43,840 bases of DNA from Promethearchaeota archaeon. Its GTDB lineage: Archaea; Asgardarchaeota; Lokiarchaeia; Sigyniarchaeales; SOKP01. This document shows positions 10,248-20,251 of the stretch, piece by piece (positions within the stretch are counted from its first letter, which is position 1; each line of letters starts with the position of its first letter). The stretch spans positions 1 through 43,840 of the forward strand of contig SHMW01000028.1 in assembly GCA_008080735.1 (NCBI GenBank), read 5' to 3'. The position numbers and the translations under genes were made by a program. Below the pieces are notes generated by a model, which made no database searches, was not told the DNA's origin, and saw only the letters and a program-made list of their open reading frames with translations.

Positions 10248-10429
10248 TATCCAACACCATTATGATGAATATAGATAATTAGATGAGTTTTGAAAATAAA
10301 AGTCTAACGAATCTTGCGAAGTTAATCTTCATAAATTAAGGGAAGAAGTGTAGATCTTAGGATTGAAATTGTTGGAACATAATCCTAAAAGAATAGATGA
10401 AAAAGAATGGTTTTATAGATTAGAATAAT

Positions 10430-12694
10430 TTAGGCGTTTGTTTTCGGGTGAAATACCTTTTTTTCAATTAAATCTAAAATCATCTCAGCAAGATCAATCT
10501 CGAATCCTTCCTTATGTGAAAATAGTTGTGAGACATAAAAATAATCGTTAAATCGTTTTTTCATGGTATTTCTCGCTTTTTCTATAATTCTTTGTTCTTT
10601 TGAATTGAGTTTTTCTATATTTATATTTTTATTGATTGTTAAGGGATAAATCAATTTGGTCTGCAAATGTTTATCGATTAAATCTCTAATTCCCTTAAAT
10701 TGGGATATGTCTCCATTAAAATTTTTAAGCAATGGGCCATAGGTGGTTTCGATGTCATAAGATAATTCTCGAATAGAATCTAAAAAGTCTTGGGAAGGAT
10801 TTTCACTCATTATCAAAATCAACCGGAAACTTCTAAATTCCGCCATCAAAATTTTTGAATCTTGATATTCCAATTTTACTGTTTGAGAATTCCCTTCATA
10901 ACTTGTTAATTCTAATCCAAAGGAGCGTAAAGCCTCAAGAAACCCCGATATGAGAGTAGGGTCAATATCTTTGCCAAGGAAGATTTGGTCATATATATTT
11001 AATCCCGATTCTTTATTAATTATGAGTATATATTGGAGATTTAAGATGTCCATATATTTGTTATAGATTTTTTCCCGTCGCTCTTTTTTCAATCGTTTTT
11101 GTCGTTTAACCAGTTTATAGGTACCGAACGCACTGATGCTTCCCATAAGAAGTAATATTGAGACGATGGTAACTATCAAGGGTAAATAATCGATGTTTAC
11201 TGCAAACTCTTGTAATTTCACTGCTGCATGTGTTTGATTATACCAATAGAAATATCCTTGGTAGATTCCTTCGTTTGGGTTAGCAGAGAGAACATAGGAA
11301 AAAATATGTTCAGAAGAGATGATTTCCTGAGTTTCCCGATATTCTTCAAAGCCTAGTGCATCAATTAATACAAAAGTCGCATTTCCGCTAATCGAGGGAA
11401 GCGTAAGAGATGCTTTTATTTCTTGATTTGGTTCAAAACTCGTTTTGGGAACATTTAATGTGAAACTCATTTGAGGAGAATGTGCCATTATCTGCCAGTC
11501 AGAATCTTTTATAATTGTTTTATTGGGAATAATTACATAACTTAAGGTGGAATTTATAGTCACATTCGATGTAACATCAAATCCATCTCTTAAAATCGAA
11601 TTAATCTGCCAATTCGTGGGATAAATAAATTTCACGGAATAATTATCAGAAATCCGTGAGATTTGGGGACTTAATGACCATATGTTATCTGAGAAGGCTT
11701 CAATAGTTAATTCAGCACTGCTTAAAAAAAGACTGGTTAATTCAATGGAATATGTCAAATTATACGCGAGAGTGACTGATATATTATTAGAAATAGTGAA
11801 ATGAATAAAAGGTCTTTCAGGATCATATAGCTGATAAGTCTGATTGATGTATCCATTTCCCTTCTGACCTCTGTTGTAAATTGAATAATTAATTCCTCCT
11901 AAATGTATTTTCATATCAATATCTTCTGGAAAATATGTTTGATTTCGCTTTTGGGCTATTTTATATAGATAAGCCCCAGGTGATGGAGTAGTCCATATGC
12001 CACCAAGTAAATTTTTATATTGTGAAATTTGAAGAGTGGGATCATCAGGAGTTTTATCATTTAAAAACCAATAAATATTTAGATCTTCATTAAAACTTAG
12101 GCCCGTACAATTAATTACTACTGAATAAACTCCTTCTTCCAATTTGACTGATTCGGAAAATTCTTGTTTATACCAATTAGGTGTCGTAGAGATATTTAGT
12201 GCAGTAGATCTTAAGATAGGTCCATTAGGTCTTCCGCCAACCCCATTTTCCTTTATTTGTACTTTTGCATCAGAAATCTTAGTTGATCCTGAAATAAAGC
12301 AGTATAGATAAACAGAAAACAACTCTATTGATTCAGTTACATTAATATGAACACCTAAAGCGGGTTGAGAAGAGCTTATTATGCTAAAACCTACCGTTCT
12401 ATTATCCTCAATTATAACTATCTCTCTCTCTAAATTAATATCAGAAAAATTAAATTCAAAACTGGTAAGATTCCACCTTGGAGTGGGAATCGGTACTTGG
12501 AAAGAATTATTTAAAAGGGATAAATTACCATTATTTTGAGAATATTCTTGGAATGTGTAAATAGCATCTGTCTGAACTGAAAAATTGGATGATTGAGCCC
12601 TAACCCATCCGACCTGATCAATCATTACACAGATATTGAATATAAAAGCGAGGAGAATTATTCCTGTAATAGTGAGCTTTTTCAAAGTTTTCAT
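10430..12694 (-). CDS. Single-pass membrane glycoprotein with large ectodomain and cytoplasmic longin-like plus wHTH-like tail (paralog A)
   Basis: Signal sequence, sequon-rich beta ectodomain, TM LPLIVTIVSILLLMGSISAFG, basic stop-transfer, DPTLISGFLEALRSFGLEL. Confidence 0.8.
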   Translation of the reverse strand: MKTLKKLTITGIILLAFIFNICVMIDQVGWVRAQSSNFSVQTDAIYTFQEYSQNNGNLSLLNNSFQVPIPTPRWNLTSFEFNFSDINLEREIVIIEDNRTVGFSIISSSQPALGVHINVTESIELFSVYLYCFISGSTKISDAKVQIKENGVGGRPNGPILRSTALNISTTPNWYKQEFSESVKLEEGVYSVVINCTGLSFNEDLNIYWFLNDKTPDDPTLQISQYKNLLGGIWTTPSPGAYLYKIAQKRNQTYFPEDIDMKIHLGGINYSIYNRGQKGNGYINQTYQLYDPERPFIHFTISNNISVTLAYNLTYSIELTSLFLSSAELTIEAFSDNIWSLSPQISRISDNYSVKFIYPTNWQINSILRDGFDVTSNVTINSTLSYVIIPNKTIIKDSDWQIMAHSPQMSFTLNVPKTSFEPNQEIKASLTLPSISGNATFVLIDALGFEEYRETQEIISSEHIFSYVLSANPNEGIYQGYFYWYNQTHAAVKLQEFAVNIDYLPLIVTIVSILLLMGSISAFGTYKLVKRQKRLKKERREKIYNKYMDILNLQYILIINKESGLNIYDQIFLGKDIDPTLISGFLEALRSFGLELTSYEGNSQTVKLEYQDSKILMAEFRSFRLILIMSENPSQDFLDSIRELSYDIETTYGPLLKNFNGDISQFKGIRDLIDKHLQTKLIYPLTINKNINIEKLNSKEQRIIEKARNTMKKRFNDYFYVSQLFSHKEGFEIDLAEMILDLIEKKVFHPKTNA

Positions 12695-12712
12695 CTCAAT
12701 TAATCTCCATGA

Positions 12713-12769
12713 AGTAAAAAATTTTTACTGAATATTGTAAACTAAACTGAGTAAAAAATTTTTTCTGAA
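12713..12769. promoter_or_regulatory. Two 20-bp near-palindromic direct repeats (candidate operator or terminator)
   Basis: agtaaaaaatttttactgaa (12713-12732) and agtaaaaaattttttctgaa (12750-12769), 1 mismatch. Confidence 0.3.
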
Positions 12770-12807
12770 AAAAATATAACGATATGAGAATAAAATTTGT
12801 ATTAATA

Positions 12808-15072
12808 CTATTGAGAATTCTGGTATTGCTGGAAAATGTTCTTCTCAATTAGAGATAGAACTGTTTCTGCGTCCTTAACTGGGAAGCCCCCCTTAGTACC
12901 GAGTAAATGACTCACAAAGAAGTAATTGACATTGCGCTTTTTAATAATGTGCTTAGCTCTGTTTATTATTGACTTCTCCTCAGAGGAGAGTTTTATCTCA
13001 AGATTATCATTAATTTCCAATGGATAAATAAGGGAAGTATTCAGATGATGGTCAACTAATTTTTTGATATTTCTAAATTCTTTTATGCTTCCCCCTCGAA
13101 ATTGCCGTATCGCATCTCCATAATATTTTTCTATTTCAAGTGAAAGCTTTCTTATCGATTCGAGAAAATCTTCAGACGGATTCTCATTCATAATTAATAT
13201 CACACGGAATTCTTTGTACTCTGTCATTAAGATTTTCGAGTTTTGGAATTCAAGCTTTATAGTTTGAGTTTGATCTTTAGAATTTGTTAATTCGATACCA
13301 AATGATCTCATCGCATCTAAAAATCCCGATACTAAGGTAGCGTCCATTTCCTTTCCCGTGAATTTCTGTTGGTATACATCCAATCCTGACTTTTTGTCAA
13401 TAATTAAGATGTATTGGAGATTAAGTATATCCATATATTTATTGTAAATTTTTAGACGGTGTCGTTCTTTCGAAGCCTTCACACGCTTATACACTTGATA
13501 TCCAGAGACGCTTCCCGCTAATCCAAGCATAGAGGCCAGAGCAATTATAATCACTACCATTGGGTCTAACGTAAAAGGAATGGTAATTTGAAAGGTTTGT
13601 ATTTGTATTCCCGCATTTGTTGCATTATTCCAAATTATATAACCAGTATGAATACCATCAAGTGGGTTTTCAGGTATTTGATATGAAAATGTAGTATCTT
13701 CTGAGCTGACTGACTTAGTTTGTTGATTTTCTAAAAATCCATCTGGATCATATAAAATAAAAGTCAGATTACCATCAATAGAGGGTGAATTAACAGAGAA
13801 TTGGAGATCTTGTAGAGGTTCAAGAGTAAGAGACCCGAAGGATATTGAAAAATCTATTTTCCTCGTTGCCGCTCTTATTTCCCAATTGGCATCTTTAATT
13901 TCATTATCTGGTATTTCTAAATATTTCTCATTTGTCTCAATTGTACAATTAACAGTGATATCCACGCTATCTCTAAAAATACGAAGATCTTCCCAATTAT
14001 TTGGATAATCAAATCTAATAGAATTATTACAACTACAATCTATTATCTCAGGTTCTAAGGTCCAATTAATATAATCTCCAGAAGTTCTTATAATACTGGT
14101 TCCGAGTGAATGCAGATTTTTAGAAAATCTACTGAAGTAGGTGACGTTAAAGATTAAGGGACTTGACTGGTTATTTAAAACCTCGATAGATATTGGATTA
14201 CTGTTGTCAGAGAGAAGGTTTATATTTGTCAAGTTCAATTTTCCCTCTCCTTTATTTATTATGTTATCTACTGGATGGTAATCATCCCCGATTTTAACAG
14301 ACATATTTATATCACTTGGGTAAAAATCATTCAATTTGATTTGATCCAATTTGTAAAGAAAAGTTGATTCATTTGAGGGATACCAAGTTGACCCCGAGAG
14401 GACTGATTTATATAATTCTGGATATATTGGATTAACATTGTTGTAGTCCCACCTATAAAATGTATTTCCGGTTTGAATACCAGAATTATTAAATAATAAA
14501 GAATAGTTTCCTTCGGGTAAAATTGGGGGTATTAAGAATTTTTGATAGTACCATTTAAGATCACCAGAAATATTCAATTTTAGATTCTTCCCAGCAAAAA
14601 TGGTTCCATTAGGTCTATTAAATTGATCATCGTATCCTTGAATTTGAAAATAAATATCATCACCGGGATTAGTATTACCCGCTTGCCCGTAAATATATGC
14701 ACCAAAAATCTTTGTCTCCGAAGTTAATTCTAATTGAATAGACATTATGGCTACATCCTTACTCATTATATCATAATTACGTGAAAAATTTTCACCAATG
14801 AAAATTTCTCTATCAAACTTAATTTCAGTGAAATTTACTTGAAGATTTTTTAGATTCCATACATCTCCCGAGGGAAGGTTTAAATTAATATAATTTAAAT
14901 TTTGTTCTGAACTTGAACTATACGCATATTCCAAAATATTAAATCTAGCTGAAGTATTATAGACAAATTCACCTGATTGAGCTCGAGAATTGATAGTATA
15001 GCTTAATATAGAGAAAAAGCCCATGAAAAAGACCATCGAAATCACTATTATATACTTATTTAATTTCTTCAT
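12808..15072 (-). CDS. Single-pass membrane glycoprotein with ectodomain and cytoplasmic longin-like plus wHTH-like tail (paralog B)
   Basis: Same architecture as 10430-12694; shared KIYNKYMDILNLQYILII; DATLVSGFLDAMRSFGIEL. Confidence 0.8.
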   Translation of the reverse strand: MKKLNKYIIVISMVFFMGFFSILSYTINSRAQSGEFVYNTSARFNILEYAYSSSSEQNLNYINLNLPSGDVWNLKNLQVNFTEIKFDREIFIGENFSRNYDIMSKDVAIMSIQLELTSETKIFGAYIYGQAGNTNPGDDIYFQIQGYDDQFNRPNGTIFAGKNLKLNISGDLKWYYQKFLIPPILPEGNYSLLFNNSGIQTGNTFYRWDYNNVNPIYPELYKSVLSGSTWYPSNESTFLYKLDQIKLNDFYPSDINMSVKIGDDYHPVDNIINKGEGKLNLTNINLLSDNSNPISIEVLNNQSSPLIFNVTYFSRFSKNLHSLGTSIIRTSGDYINWTLEPEIIDCSCNNSIRFDYPNNWEDLRIFRDSVDITVNCTIETNEKYLEIPDNEIKDANWEIRAATRKIDFSISFGSLTLEPLQDLQFSVNSPSIDGNLTFILYDPDGFLENQQTKSVSSEDTTFSYQIPENPLDGIHTGYIIWNNATNAGIQIQTFQITIPFTLDPMVVIIIALASMLGLAGSVSGYQVYKRVKASKERHRLKIYNKYMDILNLQYILIIDKKSGLDVYQQKFTGKEMDATLVSGFLDAMRSFGIELTNSKDQTQTIKLEFQNSKILMTEYKEFRVILIMNENPSEDFLESIRKLSLEIEKYYGDAIRQFRGGSIKEFRNIKKLVDHHLNTSLIYPLEINDNLEIKLSSEEKSIINRAKHIIKKRNVNYFFVSHLLGTKGGFPVKDAETVLSLIEKNIFQQYQNSQ

Positions 15073-15209
15073 AAGATCCCCCGTTAATTAATTATAATAC
15101 TCTTAGGAGTTACCCGTATTATGAAAATAAATACTTTTCATTAATAATTAATAAAGTCGACTATAAATATCTTCCAGTATAAACTTTTCCTTTTACACAA
15201 CTGTATAGA

Positions 15210-16508
15210 TTAGCGTATGGAAATGAACTTCCCTCCTTTAAATTTCGCCCAAAACATTAAGGCAACCATTTTTGCCAAGCTGCAGGGAAGTAAATCCTTT
15301 AATTCAGATATCGGAATCTTCATAGCGTGTCTGAGTGCCGTGCCAACCTCGGCGATGTTCAGGTGTTCATGAATATAATGGACTTCAACATCTTCCTCGT
15401 CTTGTCTCTGGATGAAATAGTCTTGGAGTTCTTCAATTGCGCATGGTCCATTCACGATAAAGGGTCCATCATAAATATCCAATTCTTCTATATTATGCCC
15501 TTTTCCATAAATTCCGATACATTTGGATAATTCAGTCTGATTTCCAAACCACATAAAAACAGGTTCGAGAAACGAACAGCCACTTTTGCAAGTTTTTTCT
15601 TTTCCTTTAAAGATTTTAACTGATGGGGGAATGGGGTTGGGAATATCTTTATGACTCAATTTCACACGATATTGATCAATTAAATCTTCAGAAGGTAATA
15701 CTTCTATTCTATCTCGTTTATTATTACCGAATCCACGTTCTGCAGCTAAACGGACGTGCTTCACATCATCAATCCCAATTAAGTCTGAGCATATCGTATC
15801 CACAGCCACGGGATCCTTTCCAGATATAATTAAATTCATAGGCACCTCCCAATCTTCGAAAATTGCCATAGGACCATAATTCACCACCGAACTGGCATCC
15901 ACAATATTAAAATCGGGTTTAAAAAGGTTCATGATATCAACCATTTTTTCGTGGATTAAATGATGATTATACATTTTATCCTCATCATAAAGTAATCCAT
16001 GCTGGTTTTTAATGCAGCACGTCATTTCGGATAACACATGCGCCTTTAATTTGGCTACATTAATATAGGTATTCTGATCCTTACGTTTTATCAAATTTTC
16101 ATGAAGAATCTTAGGAATAGCAATCGGTTTATCAAGAACTTCTCCTTCAAAATTCACCTTAGTAGATTTTTCCTCATCCAAATAGAGAGGTTTTGCTCCT
16201 AGGTGTTTCACTCGCTTTGATAGATCTTCTATTTGGAATACTATACGACTAAAAGTTGCAACCGCAGGGTTTTCCATTACATAGATTTGTTTAGGAGATG
16301 AATGGTCTTGTATGACTTGAATTATAGATAAAATGAGTTCGGGATCTGCTATAGCACTCTTGAACTGCATTGTCCCGTTGAATTTGATAAAAACATTTCC
16401 TTTAATCAGAGATTCGAGACCTCCAAATGTATCAAAAGATTTCTGAATCAGTTCATAATAATTAGATTCAATGGGAGTGAGTAAAACTTTTGAAGCATTA
16501 GATTTCAT
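15210..16508 (-). CDS. DUF362 family protein (putative Fe-S)
   Basis: VFIKFN, INVAKLKAH...MTCCIKNQHG, KPDFNIVDA, GKDPVAVD motifs; C-terminal CKSGC and GPC. Confidence 0.85.
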   Translation of the reverse strand: MKSNASKVLLTPIESNYYELIQKSFDTFGGLESLIKGNVFIKFNGTMQFKSAIADPELILSIIQVIQDHSSPKQIYVMENPAVATFSRIVFQIEDLSKRVKHLGAKPLYLDEEKSTKVNFEGEVLDKPIAIPKILHENLIKRKDQNTYINVAKLKAHVLSEMTCCIKNQHGLLYDEDKMYNHHLIHEKMVDIMNLFKPDFNIVDASSVVNYGPMAIFEDWEVPMNLIISGKDPVAVDTICSDLIGIDDVKHVRLAAERGFGNNKRDRIEVLPSEDLIDQYRVKLSHKDIPNPIPPSVKIFKGKEKTCKSGCSFLEPVFMWFGNQTELSKCIGIYGKGHNIEELDIYDGPFIVNGPCAIEELQDYFIQRQDEEDVEVHYIHEHLNIAEVGTALRHAMKIPISELKDLLPCSLAKMVALMFWAKFKGGKFISIR

Positions 16509-16646
16509 AAATTAATTTTATGATTCAATGATTTTTAAAACTAGTCTTTTTGCTGTTACTGAAGGTAAAATTTTTTCCTTGATGAGTGAGTTTTATTGAA
16601 AGATTAAATTTCCTTAGAAAAAATCTGGAAAAATAAAGTAATAAAA

Positions 16647-18188
16647 CTATGTCCCAGCTATCCGTTTTGGGAAGCGAGATTGGGCTTGAAGATTTTTATG
16701 GAGCAATTTGTTTACTAACTTTAATTTAAGACTTTCCATGCTATCCTTAATCCATAAGTTATTCAATTCTCCGGGATCTTTCTTTCGGTTAAAAAGGTCT
16801 CCATAATGTTCTAAATTTTTATTTTTATCCTCATAAACTGTAAGTTTATATTCTTTGGTGATTAAATGTCGTAATCTAACATAAAGCGGACCTTTTGGAC
16901 CAACTTCTTCATCATTTTCTATAAGGATGCAATCCTTTACTTCTTTTGAGGGATCCCTTAAAACTTCCGTATAGTCTTTTCCTTGCATGTTAGGAGGGTG
17001 ATAACGTTCTCGAATATCTAACATACTCAAAATAGTTTTTGGTAGGTCTATAGATGCAATCAAAGCATCCGTGACTGTGTTAGGGTTGATTTCTGGAGCA
17101 CGAAAAATTAAGGGTACATTGAATACTCCTTCAAACGGAGCCGGCCCTTTGAAAAGGAGTCCATGTTCTCCCATTAAATCTCCATGGTCACTCGTATAAA
17201 TCACAATCGTATTGTCGGCATATCCCAACTTATCCAAAGAGGCTAAAATTTGTCCTATACTATGGTCTATTAACGCAATAGTGCCGTATGTCCACGCGAT
17301 AAATTGTTTTACCTCTTTTTCATTGGTTTCTCTGAGCATCGCTCCTGGAAATACATTAAGATAAGGAGCTAAAAATGGATGTTCACATAAATTCTCTAGA
17401 TCATCGAAATTATCTGGCAAGAACACATCATCTGGATTATAAAGCTCTCGATATTTTCCTGGTGGACAGACAGGTTGATGTGGATCTGGAAAGGAAGAAT
17501 GAACATAAAATGGTTTGTCTCCATACTCACCTCTGGCGTGGCGCTCTAAAAAAGCTATAGTGCGTTCTTCCACATATTTTGTAGAATAGAGATCCTTAGG
17601 TAAGTCATGCTCACAAAATACAGAAAAGAAATTATCAATATCATCCCATCTTTCTCGCATTGATTCTGCCAACTCAGGAGCTCTTTCTTCTAACCAATTC
17701 ATATAATGTCCAGTGAGACATGGTCCATGACCAATCACAGTCTCAACTTCTTGATATCCGTAATAGGGAATCGGGAAGTTTTCTCGAACCGGATACTCAC
17801 CTTTTTTAGGGAATACCCAATCATGAAATGATTCAGCAGATTTGTCCCCAATTCTATACGGAGGGGTATTAAATTGATGGTGTAATTTTCCAAATGCCGC
17901 AGTGTGCCATCCCTTATCAACTAAAGTGTCCGTAATTGTAGGAATTTCCCTTGACATGATCATTCCATTACTGCGAACACCATGAACATTCGGATAGAGC
18001 CCTGTAAGCAATGTTGCACGGTTTGGCATGCACATAGGGTTGGTACAAAACGCATTAGTGAATCTTACACCTTGGGAAGCTAATTTATCAAGATTTGGGG
18101 TCTTTAATACCTCATTTCCCGCACAACTCAGATGATCTGCTCGATGTTGATCTGAAATTATAAAAAGTACATTATATTTTTCACTCAT
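16647..18188 (-). CDS. Cys-type sulfatase (S1/AslA-like)
   Basis: NVLFIISDQHRAD, CMPNRATLLTG (CxPxR), GKLH, SFPDPH, YTSDHGDLMGEH. Confidence 0.93.
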   Translation of the reverse strand: MSEKYNVLFIISDQHRADHLSCAGNEVLKTPNLDKLASQGVRFTNAFCTNPMCMPNRATLLTGLYPNVHGVRSNGMIMSREIPTITDTLVDKGWHTAAFGKLHHQFNTPPYRIGDKSAESFHDWVFPKKGEYPVRENFPIPYYGYQEVETVIGHGPCLTGHYMNWLEERAPELAESMRERWDDIDNFFSVFCEHDLPKDLYSTKYVEERTIAFLERHARGEYGDKPFYVHSSFPDPHQPVCPPGKYRELYNPDDVFLPDNFDDLENLCEHPFLAPYLNVFPGAMLRETNEKEVKQFIAWTYGTIALIDHSIGQILASLDKLGYADNTIVIYTSDHGDLMGEHGLLFKGPAPFEGVFNVPLIFRAPEINPNTVTDALIASIDLPKTILSMLDIRERYHPPNMQGKDYTEVLRDPSKEVKDCILIENDEEVGPKGPLYVRLRHLITKEYKLTVYEDKNKNLEHYGDLFNRKKDPGELNNLWIKDSMESLKLKLVNKLLHKNLQAQSRFPKRIAGT

Positions 18189-18337
18189 TTCTTAAATTCT
18201 CTCAAATAGTTATCCGATAATTATGATATAGAATTTGAGCTTATATTATTTTAAGTTTGTCTAATTTCATAACAATTAAGTCAAATCATTAAAGAAAAAG
18301 ATTAAAAATGTTTGGAATGATCAAATCAATTATGTTC

Positions 18338-19858
18338 TCAACTACCCGCTATACGTTTTGGATATTTTGTCTGTGCTTTCAAATTTTCCCTTAGACATTG
18401 GTTAAGCAACTTACAACGTATATCTCTATAGGATAGATCATCCCATAGATTATTCAACTCATTGGGATCATTATTTCGATCATATAAATCTCCGAATTCT
18501 GGCGCAGTTTCATATACAGTTAATTTGTAATCCTGGGTAATTAAATGTCTTAACCTTGACTCGAGCGGTCCAATCTCCTCATCATTTTCAATAAAAACAG
18601 AGCTCCGAATGCTAAGATCATTATCTGTTAGAATACTAGTGATATCAAACCCTTGCATATCTGGAGGATGATAACGTTCTCGAATATCTAACGTACTCAA
18701 AATAGTTTTTGGTAGGTCTATAGTACTTACCAAGGAATCACACGTCGATCCTTCAGAGACTCCGGGAACTTTCCATATAAGGGGAATCTGTAGAACGCCG
18801 TTAAATGGGCATGGACCCTTGAACAATAATCCATGATCTCCCATAAGATCTCCATGATCACTGGAAAATAGGACCATAGTATTGTCAGAATATCCTAATT
18901 TTTCTAATGCCGCGAGAATTTGACCGATGCAGAAATCTACATAGGAGATTGACGCATATGTTAAAGCAGTAATATTTTTAACTTCTTCCTCAGAAGATTC
19001 TCTTAGAAAGGCTTTTTTGAAAGGAGGATTTTCAAGTAATGGCCCCAAATACTCATGATTATAGAGTCTTTCGATATCATTAAAACTTGGAGGAAGTTCA
19101 ATTTCCTCAGGGTTATACATTTCTTGATATTCTTCGGGAGGATATAATGGATAATGGGGGTCTGGGAAGGAACAATGTAAATAGAACGGCTTATCCCCAT
19201 AAATTCCGTTGGCATATCTTTCCAGAAAGGCGATAGTTCTCTCTTTCACATAGGTCGTGTTATAAAGGTCCGCTGGGATTGGGTCGCAATAGAGGCTAAA
19301 TAAATTATCATAATTTACCACTTTCTTTTTCATTTTTTCCGCTTCATTTGGTGATTTTTCTTCTAACCATTCAAGATAATGTCCCGCGCAAATAGATCCA
19401 TTGCCAGATACCACCTCGACTTCTTCATAACCATAATAGGGACTTGGAAAATTCTCTGAGGTGACTTCTTCCTTGGCCCACTCCACTAAGCCTTCATAAG
19501 ACTTATAGCGATGTTTAAATGGTGCCATCCAATATTGATGATGTATCTTACCGATAGCTGCGGTATGCCACCCTCGTCTTCGCAAGGATTTTATCATCGT
19601 CGGGATGTGTTCGTCCATATTAATTCCATTACTCCTCACACCGTGTACATTAGGATATACACCCGTTTCTAATGTAGCGCGATTTGGCATACAGATAGGG
19701 TTTGTACAGAAGTAATTGGTGAATTTGACTCCTTGATCCGCTAACCTGTCAATATTTGGTGTTTTTACTGTCTTATTTCCCATACAACCAAGGTGATCCC
19801 ATCGAAGAGCGTCACACATTATAAATAAAACATTCCTTTTTTTGCTCATTATTTTCAC
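18338..19858 (-). CDS. Cys-type sulfatase (S1/AslA-like), tandem paralog
   Basis: CMPNRAT, GKIH, SFPDPH, SSDHGDLMGDH; start may be the ATG at 19849. Confidence 0.93.
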   Translation of the reverse strand: MKIMSKKRNVLFIMCDALRWDHLGCMGNKTVKTPNIDRLADQGVKFTNYFCTNPICMPNRATLETGVYPNVHGVRSNGINMDEHIPTMIKSLRRRGWHTAAIGKIHHQYWMAPFKHRYKSYEGLVEWAKEEVTSENFPSPYYGYEEVEVVSGNGSICAGHYLEWLEEKSPNEAEKMKKKVVNYDNLFSLYCDPIPADLYNTTYVKERTIAFLERYANGIYGDKPFYLHCSFPDPHYPLYPPEEYQEMYNPEEIELPPSFNDIERLYNHEYLGPLLENPPFKKAFLRESSEEEVKNITALTYASISYVDFCIGQILAALEKLGYSDNTMVLFSSDHGDLMGDHGLLFKGPCPFNGVLQIPLIWKVPGVSEGSTCDSLVSTIDLPKTILSTLDIRERYHPPDMQGFDITSILTDNDLSIRSSVFIENDEEIGPLESRLRHLITQDYKLTVYETAPEFGDLYDRNNDPNELNNLWDDLSYRDIRCKLLNQCLRENLKAQTKYPKRIAGS

Positions 19859-19960
19859 TTATTAAGTTCAGATGGTCCTTTTCCTAATGATTCTTTTTCT
19901 ATTTAAAATCAGATCTAAAAGTTATAAATCTTATCAGAATAAAAAAAGCTTATGATTTGT

Positions 19961-20141
19961 TTATTCGTTTTTAACCTTTGAGAAAAGTAGATTTTCCTTG
20001 TCTAATAGGTATAAAAAGAGTAGAGACCATGCGAGATCATATAATATCGCGGGAATGAGAACCACAACTACTCCCCCTACAATAAGCAGCCACTACTCCC
20101 CCTACAATAAGCAGCCATTTTAAGATAAGGTTGTTATTCAT
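19961..20141 (-). pseudogene. Small membrane-protein ORF frameshifted by a 25-bp tandem duplication
   Basis: Removing one repeat copy yields 51 aa MNNNLILKWLLIVGGVVVVLIPAILYDLAWSLLFLYLLDKENLLFSKVKNE. Confidence 0.5.
20067..20116. repeat. Perfect 2x25-bp tandem repeat
   Basis: actactccccctacaataagcagcc at 20067-20091 and 20092-20116. Confidence 0.95.
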
Positions 20142-20251
20142 TTTTCAATATGAGTCCATTTTAATATTTTCTATTAAAATAAAGAAAGTTGAAATATTTG
20201 TAAAACTTTTTAAAATGATTTTTAAGAAAAAATTAAGAGAGAGATAATTAA

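Noticed and set aside
20067-20116. 25-bp repeat as a mini-CRISPR
   Set aside because: Copies are directly adjacent with no spacer, and there are no cas genes
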